Part shown: piece after piece, positions 36,301-48,990 of the stretch
Layout: the number at the start of each line of letters is the position of its first letter
Position numbering within the stretch: the stretch's first letter is position 1
Origin: Hemiscyllium ocellatum
Lineage: Eukaryota
NCBI RefSeq assembly: GCF_020745735.1
Contig: NC_083419.1
Coordinates: forward strand, 71,006,096-71,070,095
Reading direction: 5' to 3'
Length of the DNA: 64,000 nt
Notes under the pieces: model-generated
The model's input: only the letters and a program-made list of their open reading frames with translations
Databases searched by the model: none
What the model was told of the DNA's origin: nothing
Translations under genes and position numbers: made by a program

Positions 36301-36520
36301 CCTTTCCGTAGATACTTTGCAACTAATCAAATTATTATCCCTGGCACCAAACTGTTCCACTACTGACACTTCAGTCGCTTGCCCTGCCATATGTCACAAG
36401 AGTAGGTCAGGATTTGCTCCTTCTGTGGTAGTTACATCGACATATTAATGAGGAAACTTTTCTTGAACACTTAACAAATTTGTCTGCATCCAAGCTATTA
36501 AGACCATGGCTGTTTTATAC
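33330..36520. mobile_element. Patchwork of old CR1 fragments in both orientations (3' end on + at about 35145-35562; minus-strand fragments at about 33330-33480, 34100-34680 and 35563-36520)
   Basis: Recognisable CR1 RT, 3' UTR and EN-linker nucleotide motifs, heavily decayed. Confidence 0.65.
35815..36134 (+). mobile_element. HE1-type SINE, full length, inserted in a CR1 fragment
   Basis: Near-identical to 13816-14123; A and B boxes; (ctaat)n tail. Confidence 0.92.
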
Positions 36521-38413
36521 TTGTCAACCATCTGTAATTGGGTGTTAGCCGTTTCAGAATGTAGGTTGTTTTATTGTGGATGTTCTCGGAGTTCAGTGTT
36601 TGGAGTTCTTATTGTTTCAACCTGTGCTTTGGTCTATAAGGCAAAATTACAGAAAAAATATTCACAATTTAAAGTAAAATATTAGGATTTTGGGAGAACA
36701 GCTAAGAACTTCAAAGTTTTACCGAGGGTTTGTGGGAAAGGACATGGAAAGCAGCAAAGTTTCCAGTACTTCGGATCTCTGCCTTCCCTGATCGAAATTG
36801 ACCTGTGATTTATCATTTTTGAGGATTGTTATTCATTAATATTGGTGTGTCAGGTAGATCTCTGTCTCAGGGAGGGTTGACGTGCTTCTTTGTTTTGTGA
36901 TGAGCTCAGGGGAACATAGAATAGTCAGGGTATAAACCCAAAGGGGTGCAGGAGCAGAGGATCTCCCATATATATCTGCACTAATCAGGGAATGTGGACA
37001 GAAAAGCAAATAAACCCGAATTCATCAATAACGCTGTAGAGTACAAACACAAAGCAATTATGTTAAACTGAAATAAAACAGTCGCTTGTCTCACCTGGAA
37101 TATTGCATCCAGTTTCAGGTGCCACAGTTTTGAAAAAATGTAAAACTATGAGACAGGCTGCATAACTGCGACACAACACTGTTCCCGGGATGACGTACCT
37201 CACTGACTTTGAGAAATGGACTTTTCTCCTCTGCTGATAGTTTCCACACTCTGTGAGCAGTTGCTATGATCCGTCTTGCATCATTTAAAATCCAATGGTT
37301 GAATATTTCCAGTACTTCTGAGCTCTGCCTGGCCTGATCGACATCAACCTCTGATTTATTATTTTTGAGGGTTGCTGTTCAGTAATATTCCTGTATCAGA
37401 TATACCTCAGTCTCATTTCCTGGGACTTGCCAGGTGTGCTGTATCAAATAGATCCCAGGATTTGTGCTTCGTGAGATTTATGTATGAGGAAAAACTCCAG
37501 TTCTGAGAATCCACCCTGAGATTGTACATGTGTTGTGCCTGAATACTTGACTGAAGGTTGTCCTTTTGCTGATAAATGTTTCGTTGGGCGCTTTAGGTGG
37601 CAATTTATGCATTACTAACCCAGACTGTCCCGACATTGGGAGTACTTTTTGTTTAGACAGAGCAGAGTAAACTTTCAAACTCCGTTGCCTGCTTTTTATA
37701 GGCTTCTGGTGGAGGAAAGCTCCTTATTTGTACCATTACGTGACCCATGGCCATGACCTTTGGTGCATAAGATGAAATGCCGACGAATCATTCTGCCTCT
37801 GGAGTGTATCAGAAGGCATACCGTGTGAAAGATGCATTGACATTAGTGAGCCGCATGGTGACACAGTATTAAATGTCTGGATGAAACACAACGAAACAGA
37901 ACAAGTGAAAGTCCTTGGCTGGGAAAGGAGTGGGATGTGGGAAAATGTATTATTACTGACTGGCGTTGAAGAAAGAATTAAGCAAACTCAAGGTTTATTA
38001 ATTTTTATCCAAAAGTTTATGTTCATGTTAACAGAAGTGAATACAAAGACTGGATGCCACATTGAGACGAGATTGTGTGTGCTGTGAGCTGTGAATTTTC
38101 TGTACATCTGTAACAGTCAACAGAAAGCGAATACAGCGGTTCATCATAAAAGGGTAGGCAACCATTCTGAATAAGGAACAAAGAAAAACAAAATATATAG
38201 GTTTCAAACAACTGGGAAGCTACAAATTCTTCCAACCACAACCATCTCAATGATATCAAAATAAAAAGGACAATCCATCAATCGTTGTCTCAGTTACACA
38301 CTGATAAACTGAAGTGATCTCACTGTGAGAGTCAGCAACAGGACAGATTGCAGATTGGGAATTCAGAGACCTTGATAAGCAGATCTGGAAAACCCACGAG
38401 GTCCACAACTCAT

Positions 38414-38422
38414 TCACTTAAT
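38414..38422 (-). pseudogene. IGHM: IgM TM2 exon (ATT AAG TGA, IK*)
   Basis: Polypyrimidine tract and ttttcCAG acceptor at 38423-38424, 132 nt downstream of TM1. Candidate AATAAA at 37994-37999. Confidence 0.7.
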
Positions 38423-38554
38423 CTGGAAAAGAGAGAAAGCAACGACGTAGATGTTTATGGTCAGGGACATTCCAGTTTTAATTTTTATTCATACTTAGTA
38501 ATTACACAAAACATATTGGGCTGCTTGGCGTGTGAAAGATGTGATTATTCTCAC

Positions 38555-38673
38555 CTTCCCACCAGAGTGACGGCAGCGCTGTAAAAAATACTCAGGAAGA
38601 CCAGGGTGATGAATGTGGAAGCAGTTGCCATTATCATCCTCATATTTTTCAATCCAGGTGCGATCTATTGAAT
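38555..38673 (-). pseudogene. IGHM: IgM TM1 exon, frameshifted
   Basis: tttgtAG acceptor, DSIDRTWIEKYEDDNGN, then a frame change to ASTFITLVFLSIFYSAAVTLV (CART-motif Ig TM helix); donor |GTGAGA at 38554. Confidence 0.88.
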
Positions 38674-39093
38674 CTACAAATATAAAGCCGAGAGAACACA
38701 CTTAAATTGTTTATTGATCCAGTCCGATCTATCTGCATCCAAGTCATGTAATTGGAGACCATTACATCTTCATAAAGCAGTCAGATGTTTCTCAAATGTG
38801 ACTATCTGGATCTATTAGTGCATTATTGACTCTCAGCAAGAACTTGCACATACTAACTGCGCATGTTCTTTCTTCACTGTGCGTGTCAGAATATTTTAAA
38901 TTAGTTTTTTTCTTTTAATCTATTATTGAAGGATATTATTATTTGACGATTATTTTAATTATATCATTATATTTTAAATATAGGCTGTGACAGCAATTTA
39001 GTTGAAAATTGTGGCCATCATTGGATAAAAATTCAAATGTGATTCTCATCTTTAGTTATTGGTGGCCAATTGCTTGGCAGATCATGAATATAA

Positions 39094-39275
39094 CTGAAAA
39101 TATGTTGCTGGAAAAGCACAGCATGTCAGGCAGCATCCAAGGAGCAGGAGAATCGACATTTTGGGCATGAGCCCTTCTTCAGGATGCTTTGGATGCTGCC
39201 TGACCTGCTGCACTTTTCCAGAAACACATTTTCAGCTCTGATCTCCAGCATCTGCAGTCCTCACTTTCTCCTAGA
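39094..39275. mobile_element. Fold-back PLE-terminus insertion in the Cmu4-TM1 intron
   Basis: Arms gttgctggaaaagcacagcatgtcaggcagcatccaa and ttggatgctgcctgacctgctgcacttttccagaaac. Perfect 15-nt TSD agatcatgaatataa (39079-39093 and 39276-39290). Confidence 0.9.
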
Positions 39276-40339
39276 AGATCATGAATATAAGTTTTATCCA
39301 CAGTAAGAACATTGCTTCATATATTTTTTTGTAGGGTCTCTATATTTAGGATACGTTTTTGTGCATGTGTCCATTAATTTATTTGATCTACTGCTTGATA
39401 TGTATGGTTTTCCTTTAATGTTTGTGTATGTGGTTATGAGGTACTCTGACTTCACTCTTGCCCATGTTGGAGTCTGTGCATGAATAAACATATTTATGCT
39501 CCTTTCCTGCTGGTGTGCTCACATGTTTGTGCACGTAAATTTTGTTCAATTCACAATTATAAGAGTCATCCTGCTAATATGCCACTTTGTTGATGTTTAT
39601 GTTTATCTCGTAATGTCTTTGTGGCTGTTCACTTTTCATTAGTGTTATCAAAAATGTGTGTTTTTGTGTCTATTTCAGATCCTACCTACACAAGGTTATT
39701 TTCATTTTGTTATTAATAAGCGTGAGCGTGCAATGTCATGTTTTGTTGGATGTTTATATTGATGTGATGATGTCTGCCTGTGTGGCAATCTATCCTAAAC
39801 CATATCCTGAGAAGCTTGTTTGTGTTATTGTGTGTGGATGGTTGCTGATGCTTGTGCCATTATCCTTGTTTAATAAATGTCCCACTTTTTGTTGATCTGT
39901 GCACTTGCGTGTCTGAATTTGTGTGTATGTGTGACTGTGTATACGTACTGATCAAAGTGGTTTAAAAATAAATAATTAAAGTGCCTCTGTCATCATATGT
40001 TTGTGATTATGAAAATGGGAAAATAATGATATTAATGTTTATCTCTGCGCACTTATGTGCCTGCGTGAGTCGATATGCAGGAGGGCATTTTTTGCATGTT
40101 GTATCTGTGTTCATGCATCTATGTCTGTATGCATTGTGCTGTATGAATGCATATGTATTTGTGTCCATTTGTGTGTTACCGTGTGTCTATGGTTTTCATG
40201 GTTATGTGTGAGTACTCCTGGTCATTTGTGTATGAGCTTTTCTTTCAGTGTGTGTGAGTTTTTGTGAGAGCTTAGATGAATGTTCAAGTACCATTTGCAT
40301 GTGTGGCTCTGTGCGTGTATATGTATGTGACATCTTATT

Positions 40340-40344
40340 GAGAG

Positions 40345-40379
<35 letters not shown>
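40340..40379. repeat. (GA)4(GT)16 microsatellite at the end of a TG-rich low-complexity tract (about 39440-40460)
   Basis: Read directly from the sequence. Confidence 0.95.
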
Positions 40380-40381
<2 letters not shown>

Positions 40382-41286
40382 ATAAATGTGTCTTTAGGTG
40401 AGAGCCTGTTTATGTGTCTTTACGAGTGTCATTTGTGAGCATCTCTCTGTATTGTGTGCGTTTCTGCTCTTATACCAGACTGCAATTTTTATTATTCTAA
40501 TTTTATTGTTCTAATTTTAATGGATTGCCCACAATTTGATCTGACCTTGGTGTTGTAGGAAACATTTCCAATCATCGTGAAGAGATAAGCGTTTTATGAG
40601 CGACACTTCTGTTGCAGTGAGAGAATTTCTGTCTCTGAGACAAAAGGCCTGAGTTCAAATCCCACTGCCCAAGAGATAACATTTCTGAGTATGTGTATTA
40701 GAAAATAGCAACGCGTGTTCTGTATTTGAAACAATGCAACATCAGGTATTCGAATACTATAATTGATCCCATGTGCTCCAGAAAACTGAGACAAGACTAT
40801 GGAATACAAACCGGGATGATGCAAACACCAGGTTTGGATTATGGGAGTCACAGTTAATCATTTGTTAACAAGGCCGAGCATGTCCAACATACTCTAAAGG
40901 TATTATATTGCATGGAAATTTTATATCTTCAAATAGTAATCAAGAAGCTGAATGTACCTGTTAGTAACTGGGTTACATTACAGAGGACCCCTACTGTGAA
41001 AATTCTGCACTGGGAGTAAGAGTACAGACCGTTCCACTCTCCTCTTCCCTGTGCTCCACAACAACTTATCTGTCGGTTCTCTTTGGTGTGAAAGTGAAAA
41101 TACGTTCTGTCAATTCATGCACTGGGGCAAGATCCCTGGCAGTTCCCCAGAAACAAAAGTTACATTCAAATTGCTCTGCCCTCTTTACGATCGGTATCTC
41201 TTTAAGAGTTTAAAAGTCTCTTAAATTTACGTTTCCAATTAGTGCAATGTGGCAGTTTAAAACTTATGTGAATTTTGTAAGAATGG

Positions 41287-41472
41287 GTAAAAACAAGGAC
41301 TGCAGATGCTGCAAACCAGACTCTAGATTAGAGTGGTACTGGAAAAGCACAGCAGTTCAGGCAGCATCCGAGGAGCAGGAAAATCGATGTTTCACCAAGG
41401 GCTTTTGCCCGAAATGTTGATTTTCCTGCTCCTCGGATGCTGCCTGTGTTTTCCCAGCACCACGCTAACCTA
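41287..41472. mobile_element. Fold-back PLE-terminus insertion in the Cmu4-TM1 intron
   Basis: Arms 41333-41393 and 41411-41463 mirror around hammerhead stem II (agggcttttgccc). 16-nt TSD aattt[t/a]gtaagaatgg (41271-41286 and 41473-41488). Confidence 0.85.
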
Positions 41473-41708
41473 AATTTAGTAAGAATGGCCAATCGGGGAA
41501 TCAGGAACACGAAGTTCAAAACTCATGGTCTACCCGTGATGGAGAATGGACATTGTCTGATTTCATCACAGTGGGATTTAGGGTGCATAAGGTACTTGGG
41601 GAAATCCTGCAATGAGTGAGCTTTACTCTGTTTCTCACCCGGGGGAATCTAAGCGGGAACATTAACTGAACAAGACACGCTTCCCAGATCTGTTAATAAT
41701 CCAATTTA

Positions 41709-41950
41709 ACTGTGTGGAGTTTGCACATTCTCCCCGTGTCTGCGTTGGTTTCCTCGGGGTGCTCCGGTTTCCTCCCAAAGTCCAAAGATGTGCATGTGAA
41801 TTGGCCATGCTAAATTGTCCGTGATGTAAGGTGCATTAGTCAGGGGGAAATGTAGGGGAATGGGTCTGGGTGGGTTGCTCTTCGGAGGCAGGTGTGGACT
41901 TGTTGGGCCGAAGGGCCTGTTTCCACACTGTAGGGAATCTAATCTAATCT
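41709..41950 (+). mobile_element. 5'-truncated HE1-type SINE
   Basis: SINE core and aatctaatctaatct tail. Confidence 0.85.
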
Positions 41951-42062
41951 CAACTGCACAGATGGAATAGAAGAGTAGGAAACAATTAATTCAGCAGTTG
42001 TCTATTTAACTCAAAACTGGAGGAAAAAAACTTATTACTTTTGTTGAATTATTAAATACAAC

Positions 42063-42454
42063 TTAGAGATTTTTATTAACAGTGTCCATCAGTGCAAGCG
42101 AAATGTTTACAAAACTCGGTTTACCGTTGGATTTATTGACTGTTCTGTTGCTGATCTTCAACGGAATCCCTTCATATCCCACCACACAGGAGTAAGAAGC
42201 ACCGCTGGCCCAGTCTTCCGCTGTTATGGATAACAGGCTGGACATGAAGAAGGAGGTGATGTCGCTCTCCGCTATCACCTCGGTGTTCTTGTAGTTACTG
42301 GGATTTACAGGCTTGTCATGGTTTGTCCATTTGACGAAGATCTCTCGGAGGGAGAAACCTCTCACTAAACAGGTGAGGGAGAGAACCCTTTCAGTGGAGA
42401 TTTCTTCTGTTGATGGCAGGAGCACAGACAGTGATGGCTCCAGTGGATTAATCA
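42063..42454 (-). pseudogene. IGHM: IgM Cmu4 exon with secretory tailpiece (ORF open; terminal Cys lost)
   Basis: ctgcAG acceptor; [55 protein letters not shown]; internal TM donor G|GTAAAC at 42124; tail [20 protein letters not shown]. Confidence 0.93.
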
Positions 42455-42898
42455 CTGCAGAATATTTGAGACAAATATAAATCAAGTATAAAAATCCAGA
42501 ATCAATAAATATTAAAGTATGCCATTTTTAATTTGGAATTTATTCACTTTGATTATCTAAAAGGAGCAGAATGGTATCCACGATGTTCAGTAAAAGATGT
42601 AAAAAGTTTAATTTGAAAGTCACCTCCATGTTTCCAGGCCACAACAAGGACATTCTGGCCATTTGTCATTGCTGATGGTGACGTCACAACCCAGGCTTCT
42701 TCCCACCTTATCTGACTTAATCAGAATAGAATATCCTTTGGTCTGTCTCTTTCTTAATCAGCTACTTAGCTATCCTGCCATCAGATGCATCATTAATGCT
42801 CCCAACGGTGTTTGTTCATTACCAATCAAAGCCTGCCATTGGTGTAACTGGATCGGGATTACGCATGAGATCCTGTGTGTTTTAATCTCACTGCTCAC

Positions 42899-43200
42899 CT
42901 TTCTCCTTGTGGATGGAGTCTCTCAGCGGAGTCGGTAGAGTCTGATGGTACACCACACATTCAAAAGTAACACCACTCAGCCAGGCTTCAGTAGAAATGT
43001 CTAATTTGCTGATCACGCAGTTGGGATTCTGTCCAGGCTGGTCAGCAATTTCTAATTTCAGAGGCTTCTTTTCTTGTATCCAGGTGACGGTGACTCCAGA
43101 AGGAAGATTGGACTCAATGCAAGTTAATGTCACCGTCGCCCCCACCGTTCTACTGGCGGTGGGAGGGTTTTAACTGTGTAATCATAGCACACAGTATCTC
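42899..43200 (-). pseudogene. IGHM: IgM Cmu3 exon, frameshifted near 43140
   Basis: catAG acceptor, [18 protein letters not shown], then a shift to [47 protein letters not shown]; donor G|GTGAG. Confidence 0.93.
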
Positions 43201-44419
43201 CTATGAAACAGAAATCAAAATCAATGGAAAATGCCTCTTTCGGATGAAAACACCCACTCTTCAGGTTATTTCCTCACAAAGTGAAGTAACCACCTTTGAA
43301 ATGGCAACTTCCAACTATTGCTGAAACGATGCCTTCTATTGTTTATGTATTTTGATCTGTGAAAGCATTCGTGATTCCCTATAACATACCCTGTGTAATT
43401 ATTCCTAAAGAACACTGGCTTTCTAACAAGTGAAACCTGTGAAAAATTTAAAATTATCGAAAATACCATAATGTAATCTATGAAGTTACCTTTCTTTCAG
43501 AGTTGGTCTCTTACTTAAGACCATGTATTGATATTTCGGACAAGAGTAATCTGTATATAATGAAGTCATTTTTATGTCCATGACCGTTACATGCAAATGC
43601 TGCTGGTCACGCTGAGCGCCAAATCAGACCCCGAATTTCGGACAAATTGTAATTAATCCTAATTATTCTCTTCGTCTTCATGCATTTGCAGAGGTTCTAA
43701 AGTATTACAGGAGCAGTGAATGGCCATGGAAATTCTGTTCATTATATTTAATGTGATCAAAAATACTTGGCATTATTGGTATGACATCATTCTCTAATTT
43801 ATGACATTATTCCTCGTGGGCTGAATTTGGAGTAGATCTGAAAACAAGACACTGAGTGCAGCACTGGACATCATGAAGGACACCCATCCCCTCAAGTCTT
43901 TCCCTCCATTCAATGAGGTCATGACTGGTCTGTACATTCACTTTCTTTACCAAGCTGCATTTTTAAAATTTCTTAATTGAACAAAAAAAACAAGCAGAAG
44001 CATCTAAAATTAATCTACAAACTCGATGGGAATGTGCACAGGTTTTATTCAGATGTCTACTACTCACTGTGTAAACATATCCATCCCAAATCAGGCTGAA
44101 TCAGTGTGTCTCGAATTCCTAGTTCATTTACCCCAATTGTAGCATTCCCACCAGAATTTATTCTCCTGCCTCACTCACTAATTACAGAGAGCGTCTTAAA
44201 GTAGCTCAGTGAGCGCACGTTTATCCCAGTTGATCAAATGTGAAACCCACTTGGTCTGTGGTCTGATCCCATAAATGAAGTTAAAGAGCTCAGTATCAGA
44301 TATTAAAAAAAAACTGTGTCGTACAATGCCCAAGGCTAACAAGTCATTCCTGAGCAGGGAATGAATTTGAATGAATTTTGATTTATTTTCAAGTAAGGGT
44401 CACTGCATATTTTTACCAT

Positions 44420-44780
44420 GTAATTTTGAGACCACAAGGTCATAAGATAGAGGATCAGAATGAGACTATTGGGCCAATCAAGTCTCCTCCGCCATTCAAT
44501 TATGGCTGATATGTTTCTCAACCCCATTCTCCTGCCTTCTCCCCGTACTAAGCAAGAGCCGATCTATCTCTGTCTTGAATACACACAATGGCCTGGGCTC
44601 TGCAGCAATGAGCTCCACAGATTCATCACTTTCTGGCAGAAGAAATCCCTCCCCAGTTTAGTTCCAAATGGTGCTCCCCTTTGACTCTGAGACTATACCC
44701 TTGGGTCCTCGTATCGTCTACCGGTCAAAACTTCTACTCCAAGTTCTCTTAGTATTTTCTAAGTTTCAATCAGATTCCTC
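44420..44780 (-). mobile_element. CR1-type LINE 3' end in the Cmu2-Cmu3 intron
   Basis: Reverse complement of RT C-terminus and 3' UTR (gaatttgatga..ctttctgccag..ttccctccccagttt). Confidence 0.7.
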
Positions 44781-45113
44781 TCAGCCACCTCTGACCCCAA
44801 ATCATCCTTGAGGTCACTACCAGGCAAGGATTCGGCACTCTGAATGCCTCTCCCAGCATGGTCAGCTAACAAACTATTTGACAAAACTCACTGTCTATAG
44901 GTCTTCAACAGAGAGAAAATATGCTTTTCTGATTAGCTAAAGTATTGAATTATGAGCAATGTTAATGTGACACTCAAACAGAAATAAGAGACACATGACA
45001 TGTTGGGAAATGAGAAGCTGTACCATTGTGTTTACTAAGCCTGATAAATTTGTGTGTTTGATTCACATCTGAGTTCAGAATGATTTGTAGCTCTCTCGGT
45101 ATGTGTCTCTTAC

Positions 45114-45425
45114 CCTGGAGTGTGGTGATGTTTTAACTTTGAGTTTTCTCTCCATGTGTGACCTGGCAGGTATAGACTGCGCAGTTGAACCATTCACTGT
45201 AAGGGACCATCAGCCGACTTGTCACTGAGAAGTTCCTGTTCACCTCACACATGGGAGACGTGAAGAAACCAGAATCCAAAGGCTGGCCATTTTTCAACCA
45301 ACTCACGGAGGTTGACTTTGGATGGAAATCAATGATTGAACAGACGACGGTTGCAAACTTGCTGCTTGCGATTTCTTCACTGGGATTCACAGTTAGGAGA
45401 AGAGTTGGAGGGAGAACATCTGGAC
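45114..45425 (-). pseudogene. IGHM: IgM Cmu2 exon with premature TAA at 45133-45135
   Basis: tttctaaAG acceptor; [81 protein letters not shown]; donor G|GTAAG. Matches shark Cmu2 rather than IgNAR or IgW domains. Confidence 0.92.
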
Positions 45426-45559
45426 CTTTAGAAAACATACATATAAATTACCTGACGAATTTGATAACAAATGCAAACAGTTTTTATATATCAAGGTCTC
45501 TTGTAGTTAATGGATACTAACCCCGATATTACCAGAATCATAATTGTGCAGAGTGCGAG

Positions 45560-48410
45560 AGAAACTGGGATCCACACAGAAAGATCAGCAGGACAACGTG
45601 AAGGGCTAAAATTAGAGGACACAGCAAGGGAGTCAAGGAGGCATAGAAATGTTAGGCTAGTTAAATCAGAAGGGAAATAGCAATGTTGGATGGTATTGGT
45701 TTTAATGAAAGAGTTTGATGAACAAGGCAAATGAATTAATGGCTTAAATGAGGAAATGACGTAGTTGCTATCACAGACATGTTGAGAGAGGGGCAGGAGT
45801 GATTATTCAATATTCCAGGATTTAGTATCTTGAGGCGAGACAGGGAAAGATGGAATAGGATGGGGGGTGGGGGGGGGGGGGGGGGGGGGGGAGGGGGAGG
45901 TGGTCGAGAATGTCGGTTCTGTTGTAATTCTGACAAGAGTATTTTCAGCTGGAAAGAGAAATTAAATGATGGATACTTCCTTGAACGAAGGCAAATGGCC
46001 AGTACTTCAAAACCAAAATACAGCAAACATAACAACTGGGAGAGCACGATGGACCTTACTGTAGGTCCATAAGGCTGAGAAGTGCAGATACATGGGCAGA
46101 TTTTAGAGAAACATAAGTTAAATAGGGGAATGAGAAAAGAGGATTTTAACTTCCTCAGCGTAGGATTGGATATTCATTTTGTCAACCATTTAGAGGCAGC
46201 AGAAATCTGAAAATGTCCTAGGAGAATATTTTAACAAAGTTTGTGTTTAATACAGAGAATTTTAACCCAGACCTTGCAAGAGAGGGGTGAACCTGGACTT
46301 AACTTTGGGGGATGAAGTCGACCCAGTGGGTAAAACACCAAGGTTGCAGCACTTGACAGACAGCGATTGTAAATCTGCTGGATTCCAGATTGTTCTGGAA
46401 AGGGATAGAAATGGGCCCAAAGTTCTGAAAGGGGAAGGACAATGTTAATAAGGTCAGGTAATTATTTGAACAGAATTGGCTGGAAGCTGACACTTGGTGG
46501 TAAATCTAAGTCAGAACAGTGGGCCACATTTAAGAGCAAAAATAGGAAAAGCACAGGGAAGACATTTCCCATGAAGCCACAGCGTGGAACCAAGAATGCA
46601 GCGAGCCCTGAGCATAAAAGGGCATGGAGGGTGAGATAACGAAAGACAAGGGAGCCTTCTGGTCTATACTGAAATCTCAAAACAATAGAAACTAGAATGA
46701 AGTACAGAACGTGAAAGGGGGTGTTTGCAAGAAAGAGGAATTAGGAGAGCAAAAGGAACCATAAGAACATAATAGCAGTCAAAATAAAGGAAAGTATTTT
46801 TAAAAGTTACAGGCTCATTCATAAACGAGTAATTCGGGAAACAGTAATGCCCATAAGTGTTATTATTGGCGTGGAGCCAGAGGATTAGGTTGCGGTGGAA
46901 ACAAATGTGTTGTGTCAGTGTTCACTGGTCAGAGGGACAATGTGGGGACAGAAATCATGGAGAAGTGTTGTGATGTACTCGCAGAAATTAGGACAGATAA
47001 TGTGATGTTCTGTGATGTCTTGCTGGATGAAAAGTGGTTATATTTCCAGGGCAGATGAAATGTATAACAAGCTGTTGAGTGTTGCAAAGGATGAAATAGT
47101 TGGGTCGTTGACTATAATTTAGAATTACTGTCTGGCCACAGGAGTTGTGCCAAGTGAGTGTAGATCAGCCAACGTTGCACTGTTATGCAAGACGAATGAA
47201 GGGATAAACAATGAAACCACAGATCTGTCAAGCTCGTCTCAGTGGTAGAGAAACTATTGGAACTATTGAGGAGCAGAATTAGTCTTCATTTGGAAGATCA
47301 ATCAACAATTTTCAGCATGGTTTTATTCAGAGGAAGTCATGTCTTAAAAATTTGATGGTAGTTTTCAAAGAGATAACTCAATGTCCAGTTGATAGCAATA
47401 ATCAGAGCCAATAGGATCCAAATTAATTTGACAAATTGGATCCAGAATTGGCTGAGTGGTGGGGAGAAGGGGATAATGGTCATAGTGCATCTGCATGACT
47501 GGAAATCTATGCCTTGTGGTGATCTGCAGGGATCCGTGTTGATTTCCTTGCTATTTCTCTTATATATCAATGGTTGAGGCGAGAATGTAGGAGGGTTAAC
47601 CAGTAAGTTCACAGATGAAAGGAAGTTGTCGTGTTGGTAAATCATGAGCATGATAGCTTCAGATTTCAGGAGGATGTACAAGGGTTAGTTATATGTGAAG
47701 AGAAGTTGCAGATGGAAATCATTCTGGATAAGTGTAAGGTGACATAATTCGGCAGAAGAATCTGCGAGGTATTACGTTTTGAATGGCGGAACCCTGGAAA
47801 GGACTGAAGGTCTTTAGTGTACATGCTCACCGGTCCCCTATAGTACTGTGTTGGCTGGATAAAGAGGTTAAGAAGGTCTGTAGGATATTTGTTTTGATTA
47901 GCCGAGACATTGACAATGAAGAGTAGGAAGATGATACTGGAACAAAATAAAACACTGGTTCGGCCATACTGAAGCATTGTGTGCATGTTATCGAAGGAAT
48001 GTGATTATACTGAAGGCAGCATTGATGAGATTTGCCAGGATTTTGCAGGGATTGGAGGGTTTTAGTTGTGAAGCCAGATTAGATAGATGGGGATTTTCCT
48101 TGGAGCAGAGGGGAATTAGGGAGAAGATGATTGTGATGTCCATGCCTAAAATAATACCAGACAGGGTAAACTGTACAAACCCTTGAGGAAGAGATCAATG
48201 CCTCGAGGGCACAAGGTGAAGGTAAGACCAGGTGGTTTAGGGTGGAACTCAGGGGAAAACAAAATCAAACAGAGGGTGGTGTGAGTCTGGAGCTCAGTGC
48301 CTACAAGTCATGTAGAGACTGAGCCCCTCATAACATGTATGAAGATGTATCCTTGCAAAGGCAAGTCACACAAGGCAATGGGTCAAGTACTGGTATATGA
48401 GACTGGAATA
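45560..48410 (+). mobile_element. Heavily decayed, near full-length CR1 ORF2 directly upstream of Cmu2, with a poly-G expansion at 45863-45902
   Basis: VAITD.L, LD.FNF, DLNFG and PQGSVL-like motifs plus a CR1 3' end; many stops and indels. Confidence 0.85.
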
Positions 48411-48411
48411 G

Positions 48412-48621
48412 TTAGATTAGATTATTTACAGTGTGGAAACAGGCCCTTTGGCCCAGCAAGTCCACACCAAACCACCCAGACACATTCCCTTACATTTACT
48501 CCTTCACCTAACACTACGGGCAATTTAGCATGGCCAGTTCACCTAATCTGCACATTTTAGGACTCTGGAGCACCCGGAAGAAACCCATGCAGACACAGGG
48601 AGAATGTACAAACTCCGCACA
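48412..48621 (-). mobile_element. HE1-type SINE, 5'-truncated
   Basis: ttagattagattatttacagtgtggaaacaggccc is the reverse complement of the SINE tail. Confidence 0.85.
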
Positions 48622-48698
48622 CTTTCACTGGATTGCAAGTGAAGAACAGAGAGGTTTCACAAAATACAAACCAAGGAAATGCGGATTCATTGAAATTC

Positions 48699-48990
48699 TA
48701 CTGTGAGTGCAACAGGCCATTTGACTCAACAAATCCACACCCACCCTCTGAAAAGTAACCCATCCTGACCCATTCCCCTACCCTATTACTCTACATTTAA
48801 CCCTGACTAATGGACCTAACCTCCCAATCCCTGAACACAACATGGCCAATTCACCCAGATTGTATATCTTTGGACTTTGGGAGGAAACCCACACAGACAC
48901 GGGAAGAATGTGCAAACTCGACACAGACAGTGGCCTGAGGCTGGAATCGAACCAGAGTCCCTAGCGCTGTGAGGCAGTAATGCTAACCAT
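48699..48990 (-). mobile_element. HE1-type SINE, diverged
   Basis: Reverse complement of head, core and tail. Confidence 0.8.

Noticed and set aside
43591-43598. Octamer ATGCAAAT in the Cmu2-Cmu3 intron (also 24897-24904 and 62375-62382) as an Ig enhancer
   Set aside because: The count is compatible with chance in AT-rich DNA, and there is no clustering with other motifs.
45736-46072. Poly-Gly and poly-Pro ORFs
   Set aside because: Produced by a G-run expansion at the RGGGV codons of a dead CR1; the run length may also be a sequencing artefact.
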